A stretch of 63,963 nt of DNA, the filler included, from Conidiobolus incongruus B7586 (taxonomy: Eukaryota), in the NCBI GenBank assembly GCA_000697335.1. It is 10 parts of 10 records of this genome, joined end to end, with 100 filler letters (N's around TTAATTAATTAA, not from the genome) between each part and the next. Parts side by side here need not be neighbours in the genome. Positions count along the whole stretch, not along the records: positions 1 to 16,608 come from JNEM01007008.1; 9 more parts are not named here. One strand, 5' to 3'. How positions within the stretch are numbered: position 1 is the first letter of the stretch; every line of letters begins with the position of its first letter. The position numbers were made by a program, and so were the translations under genes. The notes below the pieces were generated by a model. The model made no database searches. It was not told where the DNA came from and saw only the letters and a program-made list of their open reading frames with translations. Positions 1 to 12,498 of this stretch are shown one piece after another.

Positions 1-1179
1 TATTTTATTCTAATGAGCTCTTTATAAATTTATATAATATTTTTTTATAAACTTTTTAAATTATTAATTTATTATAATAACTTATATATAATAATTAAAT
101 ATATTTAAGAAATTAAATAAATATTTAATAAACTCAATATAAATTTTTAATTTATTATTATTTTAAGATTAATAATGAAATATATTATAATCAAATATAA
201 TATAATATTAAAAAAATAACTATCAAAGGAGTTAACTTGATTGAAAATAAGGATAAATATTATACTATTATTATGAAATTAATAAAAAGATATTTGAAAA
301 CTAATAATATCTAATTAGTAAATATATATTTTGAATCTATTGATTTTTAAGTGTTAATATTAAATAAAAAGTAAATGTTTTATGTTTTGAAATAAAGTAT
401 TTATATCTAAATTGAATAAATCAAACTATATAATATATTGCTTCTAGTCTGATGGCTGATATTAAATATTATCAAAAATTGATTATAATATTAGACTTGA
501 TTCATGATCCAACTTTATATTTAATGGATTAAATACTAATCCGATAAAAGTTTAACCTATTTGCAATTTGTAAATCCTAAATAAATTTGAATTTAATATC
601 AATTTTGTTATCATATTATTATATAGCTCTATGACTATATGAGTTTGACATGTATCCTCATTATTTTAATCTAATTAAATTATATTATATTTAAAACTTA
701 ATGAATTATTATAAAATATATATTTATATTTTTTATCATTTATAAATAAATGATAGAAATATTTAATTAATATATAATTTTTTTTAAATCTTTTAAATAT
801 TAAAAAATTAATAATAAAAATTCTATTATTATTTGTAAAATTGATTACAATAGATATTCTATTAAAAAATATTATAAAATTTGTAAACTTATATAGACAA
901 ATTATTTTATTAAATTCTTAAAATGACACAATTATTGCTTTGATATTGAAGATTTCAGCTAATATATAAAATAAATATTTATCAATATTAGAGGCTAAAT
1001 AAAAAGAATTCATTAAATTTTGACAATATATCTAAAGTATAGGAATTAAGATATAATAACCTATATATTAAGATCTGTTCAGTTGATTAAAAGTTGAAAT
1101 ACCAAGAATATCTAGTAAATGAGAGGAAATTTAATTAAAACAAAATTAATAATTTGAATGAGGAATAAAAATTTGATAA

Positions 1180-1250
1180 GAAATGTTAGTTTAGTTGGAT
1201 AATTACCATCTACCACGCAGTTGAAAGGGGTTTGATTCTCCTCCATTACA
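1180..1250 (+). pseudogene. degenerate tRNA-like sequence (possible pseudo-tRNA or SINE head, CAC in the anticodon position)
   Basis: 71 nt with A-box-like TAGTTTAGTTGG, B-box-like GGTTTGATTC (GGTTCGATTC with C>T), a T-stem AGGGG/CTCCT, acceptor GAAATGT/CCATTAC (5 of 7 pairs) and anticodon stem CATCT/AGTTG with one mismatch. D-arm and variable loop are poor. Confidence 0.3.
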
Positions 1251-2032
1251 TTAGTTTGGTAGGTTTGAATTTTTTTCGATATTTATAATTATTGTTCATA
1301 TTTATTTTACATTTCTATTGGTAGATTTTGACTAATATACAGTATTGTTATGTATATTTTGTTATCTATTTAAGTATTAATATTTACAAGATTTCGTAAT
1401 ATTATTTGCCATTTTTAATTAATAATCGTATCATAGTATTAACTTAAAAAATTCAAAGATAAATATTAATATAGTTGATATATACTCCTATTTCCACTAT
1501 CAAAGATACAGAATTCAACTTGTATTTAAGTTATTTTACTAAAAATCGTCATATTTTTATAAATTAATTTCAATATTTATCTATGAAAAATTAAAACTCT
1601 CCTTATTAAGATGAATAACAATTTGACTAATATGTTAATTGATCGATGTCTAATTATGTTATAAAATCCTTATTGGTTAATGAATTACATATTGTCTTAA
1701 CAATTACTTAGTATGATCTTTGAATTACGAAATGTTCTAATATTCAATGATCGGATAATTTGTTATTAGAATCACTCAGGCCAAGGAATTAATTCAGACT
1801 TGAGAAAAATTTGTATGAAAATTATACTTAACAAATGAATAATTGCCAGTCACTCAAATATCAATAACCATAATTTTATTAAAATTGTACAAACATTTAA
1901 ATTTAATTAAATTGTGTAATTAATAATTAATTAGGTTTTTTATGTAGTAATTTTTTTAACTTTGAAACAAATTATTTAATTCATAATAATAATTATAATC
2001 ATTATTTAAGTTTGAAATTTATTTAAAAGAGT

Positions 2033-3289
2033 ATGTTACATCAGTATAACTTAGCAAAAATATTCACTTTGGGTACTGAAAACGACACCAATTATGTTGA
2101 GTCGAATACGAATAACCCGGAAAATAATAATTTGCCTTCAACTTCGAGTGCTAATTTAACTATTGCTCCAACCGAATCCAACCAATCTTCAGATTCTCCT
2201 TACAAGATTACGCGGACAATTCCCGATTTTCCTTACCAATTTCCTCTTAATCCTTCCGATAATTGGGCACAGGACGTCCCTTGGGATCCTCAACTTCTCA
2301 ACCCCAATATAACCCTACAACACAACAGAAGTTTTAATGACCCGAACCACCCTCTGTTTATGACGCCTTTGGAAGCGGAATTGTGGGAACCGAATAACAG
2401 CACTTTAACTTGTAGATTTTGCGATAAAAAGTTTACTCTATTTTTAAGGCGACACCACTGCAGGTAAATTCAATTCAACGAATTTAAAGAATATTATTGA
2501 AGGTTAATATTTCACTTAGGCGCTGCGGTTTAGTTCTGTGCGACGATTGTACCCAATTTCGATCTCAAATGGCTTCCCAGCCCGATTCTAACTTCAATCC
2601 CGCAGACTTTAGCCCTCTACAGAGGACATGCGTGAGGTGCGACGCTATTTTATCCTACCACAGACAGAATACTATTCCGTCGATGTTGGGACGAGGCCAT
2701 CGGACAAATAGTCAAAATAGTTTGCTGGTCGAGTGTCCCAGTTGCAATCTCAGTTTAACTAAATTCGGTACCACAAAAGAAGCTCACGAAGCGCATATTC
2801 GAGACTGTTTAGAGAATGGCACCAATCAACAACCCAGTCTCAAGTACTTGGTGTATACTCTCAAACCTCAGGAGAATGAAGGAGATACCGAAGCGAGAAG
2901 CGGTGAATCTAGCTCACAATCAAATCATGGTGAATGCGTTATATGTTTTGAGAATTTAGAACCTGGTTAGTATTTTTAATCATTTAATTAATTTTGTTAT
3001 TAGATTTAAGTGAATTTTATACAAAATTAATTTTATTAATGCTTATATTTCCCTTCAAATCTCCCAACAAATTTTGTTCACTTCCTCCTTTCTAATTAAC
3101 GCCATATTATATATTCCAAAAATAGCATCATAATTATTTTTTATTATAATTATTTATAAAATTGACTTACTTATTTAATTTTCACTAGGTAATCGCGTCG
3201 CTCGCCTCAGTTGCTGGTGCATCTTCCACAAGCACTGCATAGAGGATTGGTTCCAGAGAAGTTCCAACTGTCCCGTACACTATAAATAA
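2033..3289 (+). CDS. PIB1: FYVE-domain RING-type E3 ubiquitin ligase (Pib1-like); exons 2033-2463, 2520-2965, 3189-3289
   Basis: Splicing GT..AG introns 2464-2519 and 2966-3188 keeps the frame. It joins the FYVE motif (WEP..CRFC..F.LFLRRHHCRRCG...CDDC...RTCVRC) and the C-terminal RING ([42 protein letters not shown]). The start codon is less certain. Confidence 0.9.
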
Positions 3290-3780
3290 TTCCCTTATTT
3301 CTCACAACCTAGGAGCTTATCAGTATGAAATCTAACTACATTCACTGGGATATTAATTTCTCCACTTTTTAAATTTTTTTTCCACCGTTACTCTCCTTTA
3401 GACTTGGATATTAAGAGTTTTTTTAATTGCAATGATTTTATTAGTATTGGAAGCTTATTCAAAGTTAAGTTTTTTAAATTGCTCAGAATTCTAGCTTAAT
3501 GAAAATCCTTATGTTTTATTAGCTTCCTATTTCTACCAAATAGTTCTCATCACTTTAATCGTCAAATGACACACTATCGTCGATACATTCCAACTTTTTA
3601 ATAAAGTATACTTACTACTCGTCATTTATTTACTTATAACAAATTTAATATCAGCTTTAAATTTATAATATTTTTATTATGTCAAAAACACTAAAAAATT
3701 GTTATTTATTCAAAATTCCAAAATTGATAAATTAAAATTAAAAATGCTAAAAATAAATGGATGAATGATAGTTCAAGTGA

Positions 3781-5118
3781 TCAATATACAATAAAATTCG
3801 CACGACTTCCTTTGGGTAAAGTGACTGTACAGCCACCCCCCTGAGGACCCTGAGTAGGATCGATTGAGCACGGAAGCCCTAAGCATTCGCCACCTTCTTC
3901 ACATTCGATCTTGACGCGATAGATCTCGTAATCGCTTCGGTGATAATCTTCCTGATAGAATCTGTCTCCGTTTCTTCGCATGTAGTAGCTTTTCATAGGC
4001 TGTTCATGTGTGAATCCTCTAACATACGGCTTATCTTTCTTAAATTCGGGATTCCAATTTAGGGAAATATAGGTTAGTCCGTCGGATGCTTGTCCCATTC
4101 CGAGTACGTAAGGACTCCAATTCCCAACGGGGCTATCGCGATTACCCCAGCGACATTCTTTGCGGGTGCTTGGCGCTGGATTCAGGTAATAATGAGCACT
4201 TGTGCCAAACCAGTAAGTGTTTGGGGGCACATTCATCGTCTCATTCTCGGAAGGATGTACAACTGTTGAAATTAGCATTGCTTCATTCCCTGGATACACC
4301 GTTTGACAAGCGCTGACAGGCTGTTTCAGCCTATTGATCAGACCCACATTACCAACACCCGGTTCGCACCACGGCCTCTCGGGGAAAGGTTTTGTCAAGG
4401 TCCCGTTCGCATTACAATATCCACCGCCAAGATGCGATCCACACTCTGGACCAGTGTGACATGTGGAATGAGGCGACCATTGCGCAGAATACATTCCAGG
4501 ACGACAAGCGTAGGGACAATACTTTCCAGGGGTACACACTTCGTTTGGACTCATTGCAAATCCACGATTATTGTACCTTGGAGTCACTGGTATAATATCG
4601 GGATCGTGGGGTAATGTGCAGTGATCGGAATATGAGCTGGAAGAGTACTCCTTGACAGAATACGATTCTGATGTACTGGTAGATGACCATTCTTGAAACC
4701 ATTCATACCCTTCAGCTTCATAATCACTGTCATAATCATAATATTCCTCCTCATGACTCTCTTCTACGACTTGCTCTTCATGGGATTCATAATGACTGTC
4801 AATATATTCAAATGGGGTTGTATTAGCTTTCTCTTCAATAACAACGTTGGTATCCTTCTGCACACTATCATTTTCTTTATGACTCTTATGATTGTCCAAC
4901 AACTTTTTCACTTTACACTTATCCTTATTGTGACTCTTATGAAGATCCAAATTTAAAACGAATTTTGCACATTGACCATCTTTACAAACCTCTTTTAACT
5001 TTTTCCAACTAAACTCAATTGCCAAATTTGACTTATGCTTATTATGATGCAGAGTATTAGCATCCATGACAAGTAAGTATAAAGCCCAACACCACCACAA
5101 CACAGAATAGAAGATCAT
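3781..5118 (-). CDS. secreted SUN-family (GH132) beta-glucosidase/glucanase-like protein, Adg3/YMR244W-like
   Basis: Hydrophobic N-terminus, acidic/Ser-rich linker, then Cys-rich SUN motifs GFAMSPNEVCTPGKYCPYACRPG..AQW, GGYCNANG.L.KPF, CQTVYPGNEAMLI, YWFGTSAHYYLN, C.WG....PVGNWSPYV.G. Confidence 0.9.
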   Translation of the reverse strand: MIFYSVLWWCWALYLLVMDANTLHHNKHKSNLAIEFSWKKLKEVCKDGQCAKFVLNLDLHKSHNKDKCKVKKLLDNHKSHKENDSVQKDTNVVIEEKANTTPFEYIDSHYESHEEQVVEESHEEEYYDYDSDYEAEGYEWFQEWSSTSTSESYSVKEYSSSSYSDHCTLPHDPDIIPVTPRYNNRGFAMSPNEVCTPGKYCPYACRPGMYSAQWSPHSTCHTGPECGSHLGGGYCNANGTLTKPFPERPWCEPGVGNVGLINRLKQPVSACQTVYPGNEAMLISTVVHPSENETMNVPPNTYWFGTSAHYYLNPAPSTRKECRWGNRDSPVGNWSPYVLGMGQASDGLTYISLNWNPEFKKDKPYVRGFTHEQPMKSYYMRRNGDRFYQEDYHRSDYEIYRVKIECEEGGECLGLPCSIDPTQGPQGGGCTVTLPKGSRANFIVY

Positions 5119-5722
5119 GATGTAACACGACTTATTGATTATTACTCCAACACCAAAAGAAAAATATTATCACATTTTCAATACTTAACATAGTTTAAAT
5201 AATCTCTGTATTTGTTGATACTTGTGGATGTTGTTGATATGACATTTAACTCTACCCCGTAATATTAAGATGACTAAATGTTATTATAGTTAAGTCTCTC
5301 AGCATATTTTTTGATATGAATTTAATTGTAAGTTAAATTAACAATAATCTGATAAATGATTGGATAATGATTGATTAAGATAATTCAATAATAATATTAA
5401 AGCTAAAATTAATTTGAGTTAGTTTAATTTTATAATCCATAAGAATTATAAAATTTAAAATATATATATATATATATTTCAAAAAAGCTTTTAAATTTCC
5501 AAATTTAGTAATTGGGCATTGAATTAATTGGAGAATCTAAACAAATTTGAAGAATATTCAATTACTAAATTTAAATTAAGTCATCCGTATCAAAACATTT
5601 AATTTAGATAATTATCGTAGATTCAATACATATATATAATACATTCAATTAACATCATTTAAAATTATATTTATTTATTTCAAACTTATTTATTGTTTGT
5701 TTATTTATTTAATAAGGGAATA

Positions 5723-6328
5723 ATGAATTGGGTTTTTGCATTGATTGTTAATTTGTATTCGCCTGCTCCTGTACCTCACAATGCTGTACCTATGGCCCCG
5801 TATGTAGCTCCCATAACTCCCGTCGTAGTACCAACAGTACCAAAAGTATTGCCAGCAGCTCCAGTTGCTCCAGTTGCTCCAGTTACTCCAGCAACCCACG
5901 TAGTTCCTGAGGAGCGACCCATTGCACCATTCGAAATCCCAGATGGTGATATTCCCGATCCAATGTTCCTTGAAAGTGCAAGTACCGACACCGCAGAATT
6001 CGCATCCATGGCGAATCTCCCATTCAAATCCATCGATGAAATCCTCGCTGAGCAGCGTGCTATCCAAGCGGCCCAGCCCATCTGGAGTGCTGGTGCCAAT
6101 GCAGATTCTGGATCCGTCGAAGACGACACCTTCGACGAGTTCGATTCCAATGATGTGGAGGATGAGGGGGATGAAGAGAATGAAGAAGATGGAGAGGATG
6201 GAGAGGATGGAGAGGAATATGAAGACGAAGAAGATGACGAAGGCTATGATGAAGAATACGACAACGTATCGGAACTCTTGCAGGGTGTCGGGTTCTATAA
6301 AGATGGACAAATTTATCCTTTTAACTGA
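5723..6328 (+). CDS. hypothetical low-complexity protein (Pro/Val/Ala-rich N-half, Asp/Glu tract in C-half)
   Basis: GC-richer open frame in AT-rich flanks; first ATG at 5723; divergent from the SUN gene. No recognisable domain. Confidence 0.6.
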   Translation: MNWVFALIVNLYSPAPVPHNAVPMAPYVAPITPVVVPTVPKVLPAAPVAPVAPVTPATHVVPEERPIAPFEIPDGDIPDPMFLESASTDTAEFASMANLPFKSIDEILAEQRAIQAAQPIWSAGANADSGSVEDDTFDEFDSNDVEDEGDEENEEDGEDGEDGEEYEDEEDDEGYDEEYDNVSELLQGVGFYKDGQIYPFN

Positions 6329-6628
6329 AATTAGTATTCTCATCTCTCCTCATCCTTCAATGTAGTGTATTATTTTTACTTTATTTTTTAAAATAATTGA
6401 TTATAGATTAAGGATCACATTTGGATTGATTCAACATATATATGCATATATATTTTAGTAAATTTATTTTTTTTGTTATGAATAAATAAAATTGACATAG
6501 ATCGATTATTGATTGATATTATTGATGATTTTATCATTGATAATTTGGAGATTATTAACAAAAGCGTTTATTTAAATCGATTAACTATTGATCATATAAC
6601 AAAAAAATATTATTAATTTTGGATTTAA

Positions 6629-6988
6629 TCAAATAAAAATATGGACTAAGCCCACAGCTGCAGTTACAATTAATGAAATTCCCATCATCATCCTAGCGTC
6701 ATTTTCCCTATCCTTCTTGTGTCTGTCGTCATAGCCCTTATAAGTCGAATTCCTATCATCCCCTCGACACTTAGCAGCACACTCGAAAAACCCATTAAAG
6801 TTGCATTTGGAAGCACATGCCACTTGCTCCGCCCAATTTGAGGGTTTCGAAATGTTGTGTGTCAAGCACTCCAACAGGCAGCCAACATCGTCCCTACTAC
6901 ATTGTTTTTCTCTGACGCATTCGTTAGCTGGAGTATCGCAGATTGATGATTGAATTAGAGTTAATAGTACAATTGAAGAAAATCTCAT
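6629..6988 (-). CDS. small secreted 8-Cys protein with C-terminal GPI-type signal (paralog 1)
   Basis: Signal peptide MRFSSIVLLTLIQSSIC; C-x5-C-x6-C-x3-C-x16-C-x3-C-x7-C-x3-C; hydrophobic C-tail after NDA; TATAAATA about 74 nt upstream. Confidence 0.85.
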   Translation of the reverse strand: MRFSSIVLLTLIQSSICDTPANECVREKQCSRDDVGCLLECLTHNISKPSNWAEQVACASKCNFNGFFECAAKCRGDDRNSTYKGYDDRHKKDRENDARMMMGISLIVTAAVGLVHIFI

Positions 6989-7061
6989 AATGAATTTTAG
7001 TATTGAATTATTCGATATTTGAATATTTTGTTTTTTGATTCATTTAGTTCCAATTACAAAG

Positions 7062-7069
7062 TATTTATA
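7062..7069 (-). promoter_or_regulatory. putative TATA box (TATAAATA) of 8-Cys paralog 1
   Basis: Same octamer lies 61-75 nt upstream of the ATG in four minus-strand genes (7062, 8635, 13165, 23658). Confidence 0.45.
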
Positions 7070-8226
7070 TATATTAATTAAACCTACATTCAATTCAATT
7101 CTTTTTATTCTTTATGAAATTCGTAGCTTCAATAATCCATTCCAAATTTTAATGAAATTTGATATAATAAAAAGTAATTTGATGAGCTAATTGAGTGGTA
7201 AAAATCAATACGGAATTTTAATTTATCCTACTGGAATTTATCCGATTTCTTAATTTGGAAATCCTAAAGGTTGAAAAAGGTTAATTTTACACAGATAAAA
7301 GGGTTGAATTTATAGGTTCTATAATCTAGTTTTCAAATACATATAATAAAAATAATGTAAAAAAATTAACCAAATTTTAAAGCTGCTATTGGTTAATAAG
7401 TCGAAATTGTTAAAAATATTTCAATTAATTCATTATGAATGTAACGTTCTAAAAATTTTTCATATTATCAAATAAATTTGAATTATAAAATTCGCGTATG
7501 TTATATCTTGTAAAATGAGGGGAAATTATATTAATTTATATGCTTATATTCAATCTTATCACTTCAAATCCATAAAATTAGAATTTACAGATCTTTCTTA
7601 ATATTTTTTTCTTACTGTACTAATTATTCGATTGAATGATTAATGAACCCCTAATATTATAAAAGGTATTAGTAATTTCAATTTCAAACCTAACATATTA
7701 AATGCTCATTAATTATTATTCATATATAATGCTAAAGTGAGCTCAATACTCTTTTTACTATGTATTATATAAAATGTTTTTTAGTAATGATCCTTTTGTA
7801 TGTTTATATGTAAATTTCAGATTAATTTCTTTGTATAAAATGTTAAAATATTTCCAGTAAGACTAATAGAATAAATCTTATTCAATAATAATGGCTTAAT
7901 CTGTGAAAGATCAGATGATTTAACATTTAAGCAAGTTTAACTATAATAAAAATTTAATTAATTTGAATTTATATTAATGAATGAAGTTAATAGAACCCAT
8001 TATGAAATTAATGATAATATTACTTGTATTCAATATGATAACTTTATTTAATAATAATATGAAGGAAATTAATAAATAATTAAGTTTTATTGATTTAAAA
8101 TTTCATCGATTCAATTGTATTTTGGAATATCTTGAAAATAATGGTTTATTATTTTTATAATTGTGAATGTAGAATAATTTTATTTAATAATTACGTTTAC
8201 ATTAGTTAAAATTGATTATTTATTTA

Positions 8227-8574
8227 TTAATGACAAAAGTTATATAATATCAATAGAAGTCCCAACACCAAGCCTAAATTCACCTGTATTCTTCCGTCCC
8301 CATTCTTCTTATGATCTTTATCTCTATATTCCAACTTAGCTAATTGTATAGAACAATCATGAGCGCAGTTAAAAAAATTATCATTAACCGGACATTTCTC
8401 AGTACATTCGTAAAGTTCACCCAATTTGCTGGTATCTTTAATGTTTTTAGTAACACAATCCAAAATACACTGCACATCCGTACGATTGCAATTGTTGTCA
8501 TAGAAACATCTCGAGCCTGGAGATTGACATAGGATTGGAGCGATGAGGATTAGCAAATTATATGCCAATAACAT
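8227..8574 (-). CDS. small secreted 8-Cys protein with C-terminal GPI-type signal (paralog 2)
   Basis: ATG at 8574 opens signal peptide MLLAYNLLILIAPILC; C-x5-C-x6-C-x3-C-x16-C-x3-C-x8-C-x3-C; hydrophobic C-tail; TATAAATA at 8635-8642. Confidence 0.85.
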   Translation of the reverse strand: MLLAYNLLILIAPILCQSPGSRCFYDNNCNRTDVQCILDCVTKNIKDTSKLGELYECTEKCPVNDNFFNCAHDCSIQLAKLEYRDKDHKKNGDGRIQVNLGLVLGLLLILYNFCH

Positions 8575-11092
8575 TTTTAATAGTTTGAATATATACAAAA
8601 AATCAATATAATAATTATGAATGTGACACACCTGTATTTATATCATTTTTAATTTTCTTAATTATATAAATCTACTTCAATATTCATGAAAACTCATACT
8701 TAATTTTTGAATTTTTTTTTGATGAATTAATCACCTATAAAATTGCACAGCTCCTTTTTCCAATCAAAATCTTGTATTATTTCAATTATTTTTTGAATTT
8801 GAATTAGAATTCAATGCGGACCAATTTTTGATTAAAACTACTTAATTTGGTAGTTAATTGAAGATTAATTCCAAGTATGTATCTCATAAATAAGAATTTA
8901 AATAACTTTGATTGGATTTAAAATTTCAAATGAAAAATCAATTCTAATCTATTATTACTTTAATAAGTTAATTTCCATATATAAAATGATTTACAGTAGT
9001 TCTAATAATTTCAAACCAAATTTCATAAATTGAAATTTTTTATTCAATTATCTATAATAATCTCAATATAATCAACTAACAATATTGATATGAGTAATTG
9101 AAATATAGATATTTTCAAATTATATACACTTATTCATTAAAGATTTGGAAATGAATCAAGTATTATTGTATAATATTTCAAGTCAACAATGTGTATTCAC
9201 CAACCAATGAATTTAAATTGAAAATAATAGACTATATCAATGTAATAGTTTATATATATTAAAATATTAGATATTATTTTCATACTACCATATATTTATT
9301 GAATATCAGTTATTTTGTTTTGATAGTTAAATATTTAATTAAATATAAATTATTTTTATTTTTATATATTATTTACATTAATTATAAATATTAGCATTTA
9401 TTATTTTGTTCAATCACTTCATTATAATTGGATGGATTATATATATTAATTCATGTTTAACAATGGTATTTTAAATATTTCATCCTAATTTTATAAAATT
9501 TAATTATAGCTATTGTAATATATTGAGATTTATTAGGGTATTTTCAATAATTAATATTAAAACTTAATTTCAAAATATATAATTTATATCAGTGTTTATT
9601 ATTCATAATGATAATTTTATTTTATTTGATTTCAGTGTTTATGATACTTATATATATTATAACATTTAAGTTTTATTTATAATTTTATAATTAATTGATC
9701 AATTTTTATTGAAATAAATAAAATATTAATATTTAATTTAAATTTAGAATTCAAATTAAATATTTAATAAAATTTTAAAATTAAAAAATTATTTATTAAA
9801 TATATTTCCCTTAGTAACCAATTATATACTTAAGTTGGATATTATATGCCAAATTTCTTATCAATCATTATTATTATTGACTGTATTTTTTAATTAATTT
9901 GATTAAATCATAATTTTTATATTTCTATATATTTTTTTATTTAAATGCTTTGTTTATTGATATAGCTTATATAGATTCAATCTTAATACTACTTGATTAA
10001 ATTAATTTCTGTTATTCTATATTATATCATATAACTATATAAAAACCATTCAATTATTATATTAAAAATTTTAATATTAATTTTGAAAAATATAGAAATT
10101 ATAATATTTTATTAAATATTATTATATAATTATATACTTATTAAAACTATGAATGATTTATATTGATTGCAGTCATTATTTCAAATTTGAAAATATATAT
10201 ATAATAATTATTATATATTTTTAAAAAATAAATCTGTGAATATTTTTAATCAATATTTAAAAAATTATTCTGATTGATTATTTAATTATTTTATTTTCAT
10301 AATATTTTCAAAATACATTATATTTTATTAAAAAGATTAAGATATTAAAAATATCAAATATAATAATAACAAGTATCTATAGTATATTGTGAATTTGATA
10401 ATTAGTTAAATATATAAAGAATCAATAAACTTAATATTTATTTTCAATATAATAATATTTTATCTAAGTTTTGAATAAAATAAGGATAGACTTAAATAAT
10501 CACAAAACAATTCATTTAATAATTATAGCTGAATTAGGAAATATTTAAGATATGTTTTTATATATTTAAATCAGTAAATTTCAAATGGTTATATATAATT
10601 AATTAATCACTTATATATTGAATTTATTAGATTTAAATATTCAAAGTTTCAAAAATTATTGAATTAATTTATTTAATAATTTAGTTAAAATTAATCTAGA
10701 ATAAAACAAGAAATATGTTAAATGTTTGTAAAATAATATTTATAATTGAATATTAGAGATTAGTTTCATTATATAATTAATATGGAAAATTTTATACTGC
10801 TAATATAAAAGTTTATAAAAATGAAATTTAAAAGTATTAAGGTTCAACTTTAATGATCAAATATTTAACTAATCCCATAAATTCCTCTTTGAAGAGTGGG
10901 TTTGCTTAAATTAACTTAAAAATTGACTTGAATTTTTATAATAGAATATTCACCATTAAATTTAATTAAAATCATATCAATAAATAATTCATATAAAAGT
11001 ATAAATAATATTAATATTACATATTGTTGGTAATTATAATTTTTTGATATTCAAAATGAATTTGGAATATTAATATATTTGGATTTAAGATT

Positions 11093-12143
11093 ATGGAGGA
11101 TAGACAATTAAAGAGAACCCCAACATCTATTCATATTACTCACCCAACAGTGAATAAAGATGGCTCGGTAAGCGGCCAAACATCCATAAGTTTTAAATTT
11201 AGTCCTCCCAATGGGACATCACTTTTCAATAACCAAAATACTGAAAGATTAGCGACGTTTACATCGAGTGCAAAGAAACCTTCTGTAAGTTTTATTCAAC
11301 CGTGACAATTTATTATTTATGAACTTATGAAATTTAACATCATACTTATAATAGAAGACTACTAAAATGCCTCAAACTTCTACCATATTCGGAACGCCTT
11401 TCAATCTTAGCGATAGCAAAGTTTCTATAACTGCAAATACCACTTTTACTTTTGGAAGTCCGCCAAATGGTGATGGTAAATCTGGTACTTCTATTACAAA
11501 TCCATTTAATATTGCATTTTCAGCTTTGAACTCACAGTCCCACTTTTCTGCCTTTGCATCTAAGACGGATAACTCTAGTAGTTTTGGAAGTGATATGAAA
11601 TCCAATACTTTTTCAACGCCTGCTTCTTCCCGAAACCAAGTGACTCAAAATACGCCAGTGAAATCAAACGATATTGGACCTCTTCCTGATACTCTTCCGG
11701 CTTCAGGAAAGTCACAGACTCTATCCAACCCATTTGCACCACTACCAAAAGTCACCAAAACACCAGTCTCCCCCACAGCGAAACAGCATATTAAGGAGCA
11801 GGTTAGAGAACAGCAAAAAATGTTAAATACACCATCTCTGCCGCCACTTAATATAGAGCCACATTATGTTCCATTACCTAAAACAGATGCTGAAGATGAC
11901 TTTATATTCTATTCAGATCGGGTGAAATCCAATATGCTAAGGCTGCAAGAACTGGATGAAGCCTCATTCTACGAGCTAAATTCCAGTACAGCAATCAACT
12001 TGGTCAAGATCATCTACCTCACTCGTCTCAAAGCGAGCATGCAGCAAAAATATAGTGAATGGCATACAGCATCAAGTGGTCAAAGTTCAAGTACATCTGC
12101 ATTCAATTCCAGCTCTGACACACCAACCATTTCAACCAATTAA
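11093..12143 (+). CDS. Ser/Thr/Pro-rich low-complexity protein with spaced FG/NPF motifs (nucleoporin-like?); exons 11093-11284, 11355-12143
   Basis: Phase-0 intron GTAAGT..ATAG (11285-11354) joins two ORFs in frame, about 326 aa. Motifs IFG, TFTFG, SSFG and NPF x2, plus a short helical-looking C-terminal region. Function unassigned. Confidence 0.7.
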
Positions 12144-12498
12144 TCATCTACCTTGGAATTGAATGAAATACTGTTATCTTTCCCTCCTTGTATCATGTTA
12201 ATAAATGCATTCATAATTATTATATTTGGACTTGTTTTCATTATTTTAAGATAATTCAATTTTAAGAAAAGATTATTTTACTATTTTTTGATTGATTAAA
12301 AATTTATAAATTCCAAAATTTAATTCAATATAAAAAATTTATGAAAAATCAAAATAAAAAAAACAAAGTTTTTATAAATATTATAATTTTAAACCTGATT
12401 AGATAAATCTAGAAATAATGGTTTAAAAATTGATGAAAATAGAATAAAATTCATATGGGATACAAATGAGTGACAGAAAAAATTAGATTAGTTTTTAT

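Noticed and set aside
4086..4956. Several plus-strand ORFs inside the SUN gene
   Set aside because: Antisense shadows of a well-supported CDS, with no motifs.
5705..6365. Overlapping ORFs 5705-6343(-), 5776-6150(-), 5922-6365(+)
   Set aside because: Alternate-frame or antisense products of a low-complexity CDS; the hydrophobic stretch is just the antisense of the GAR/GAY tract.
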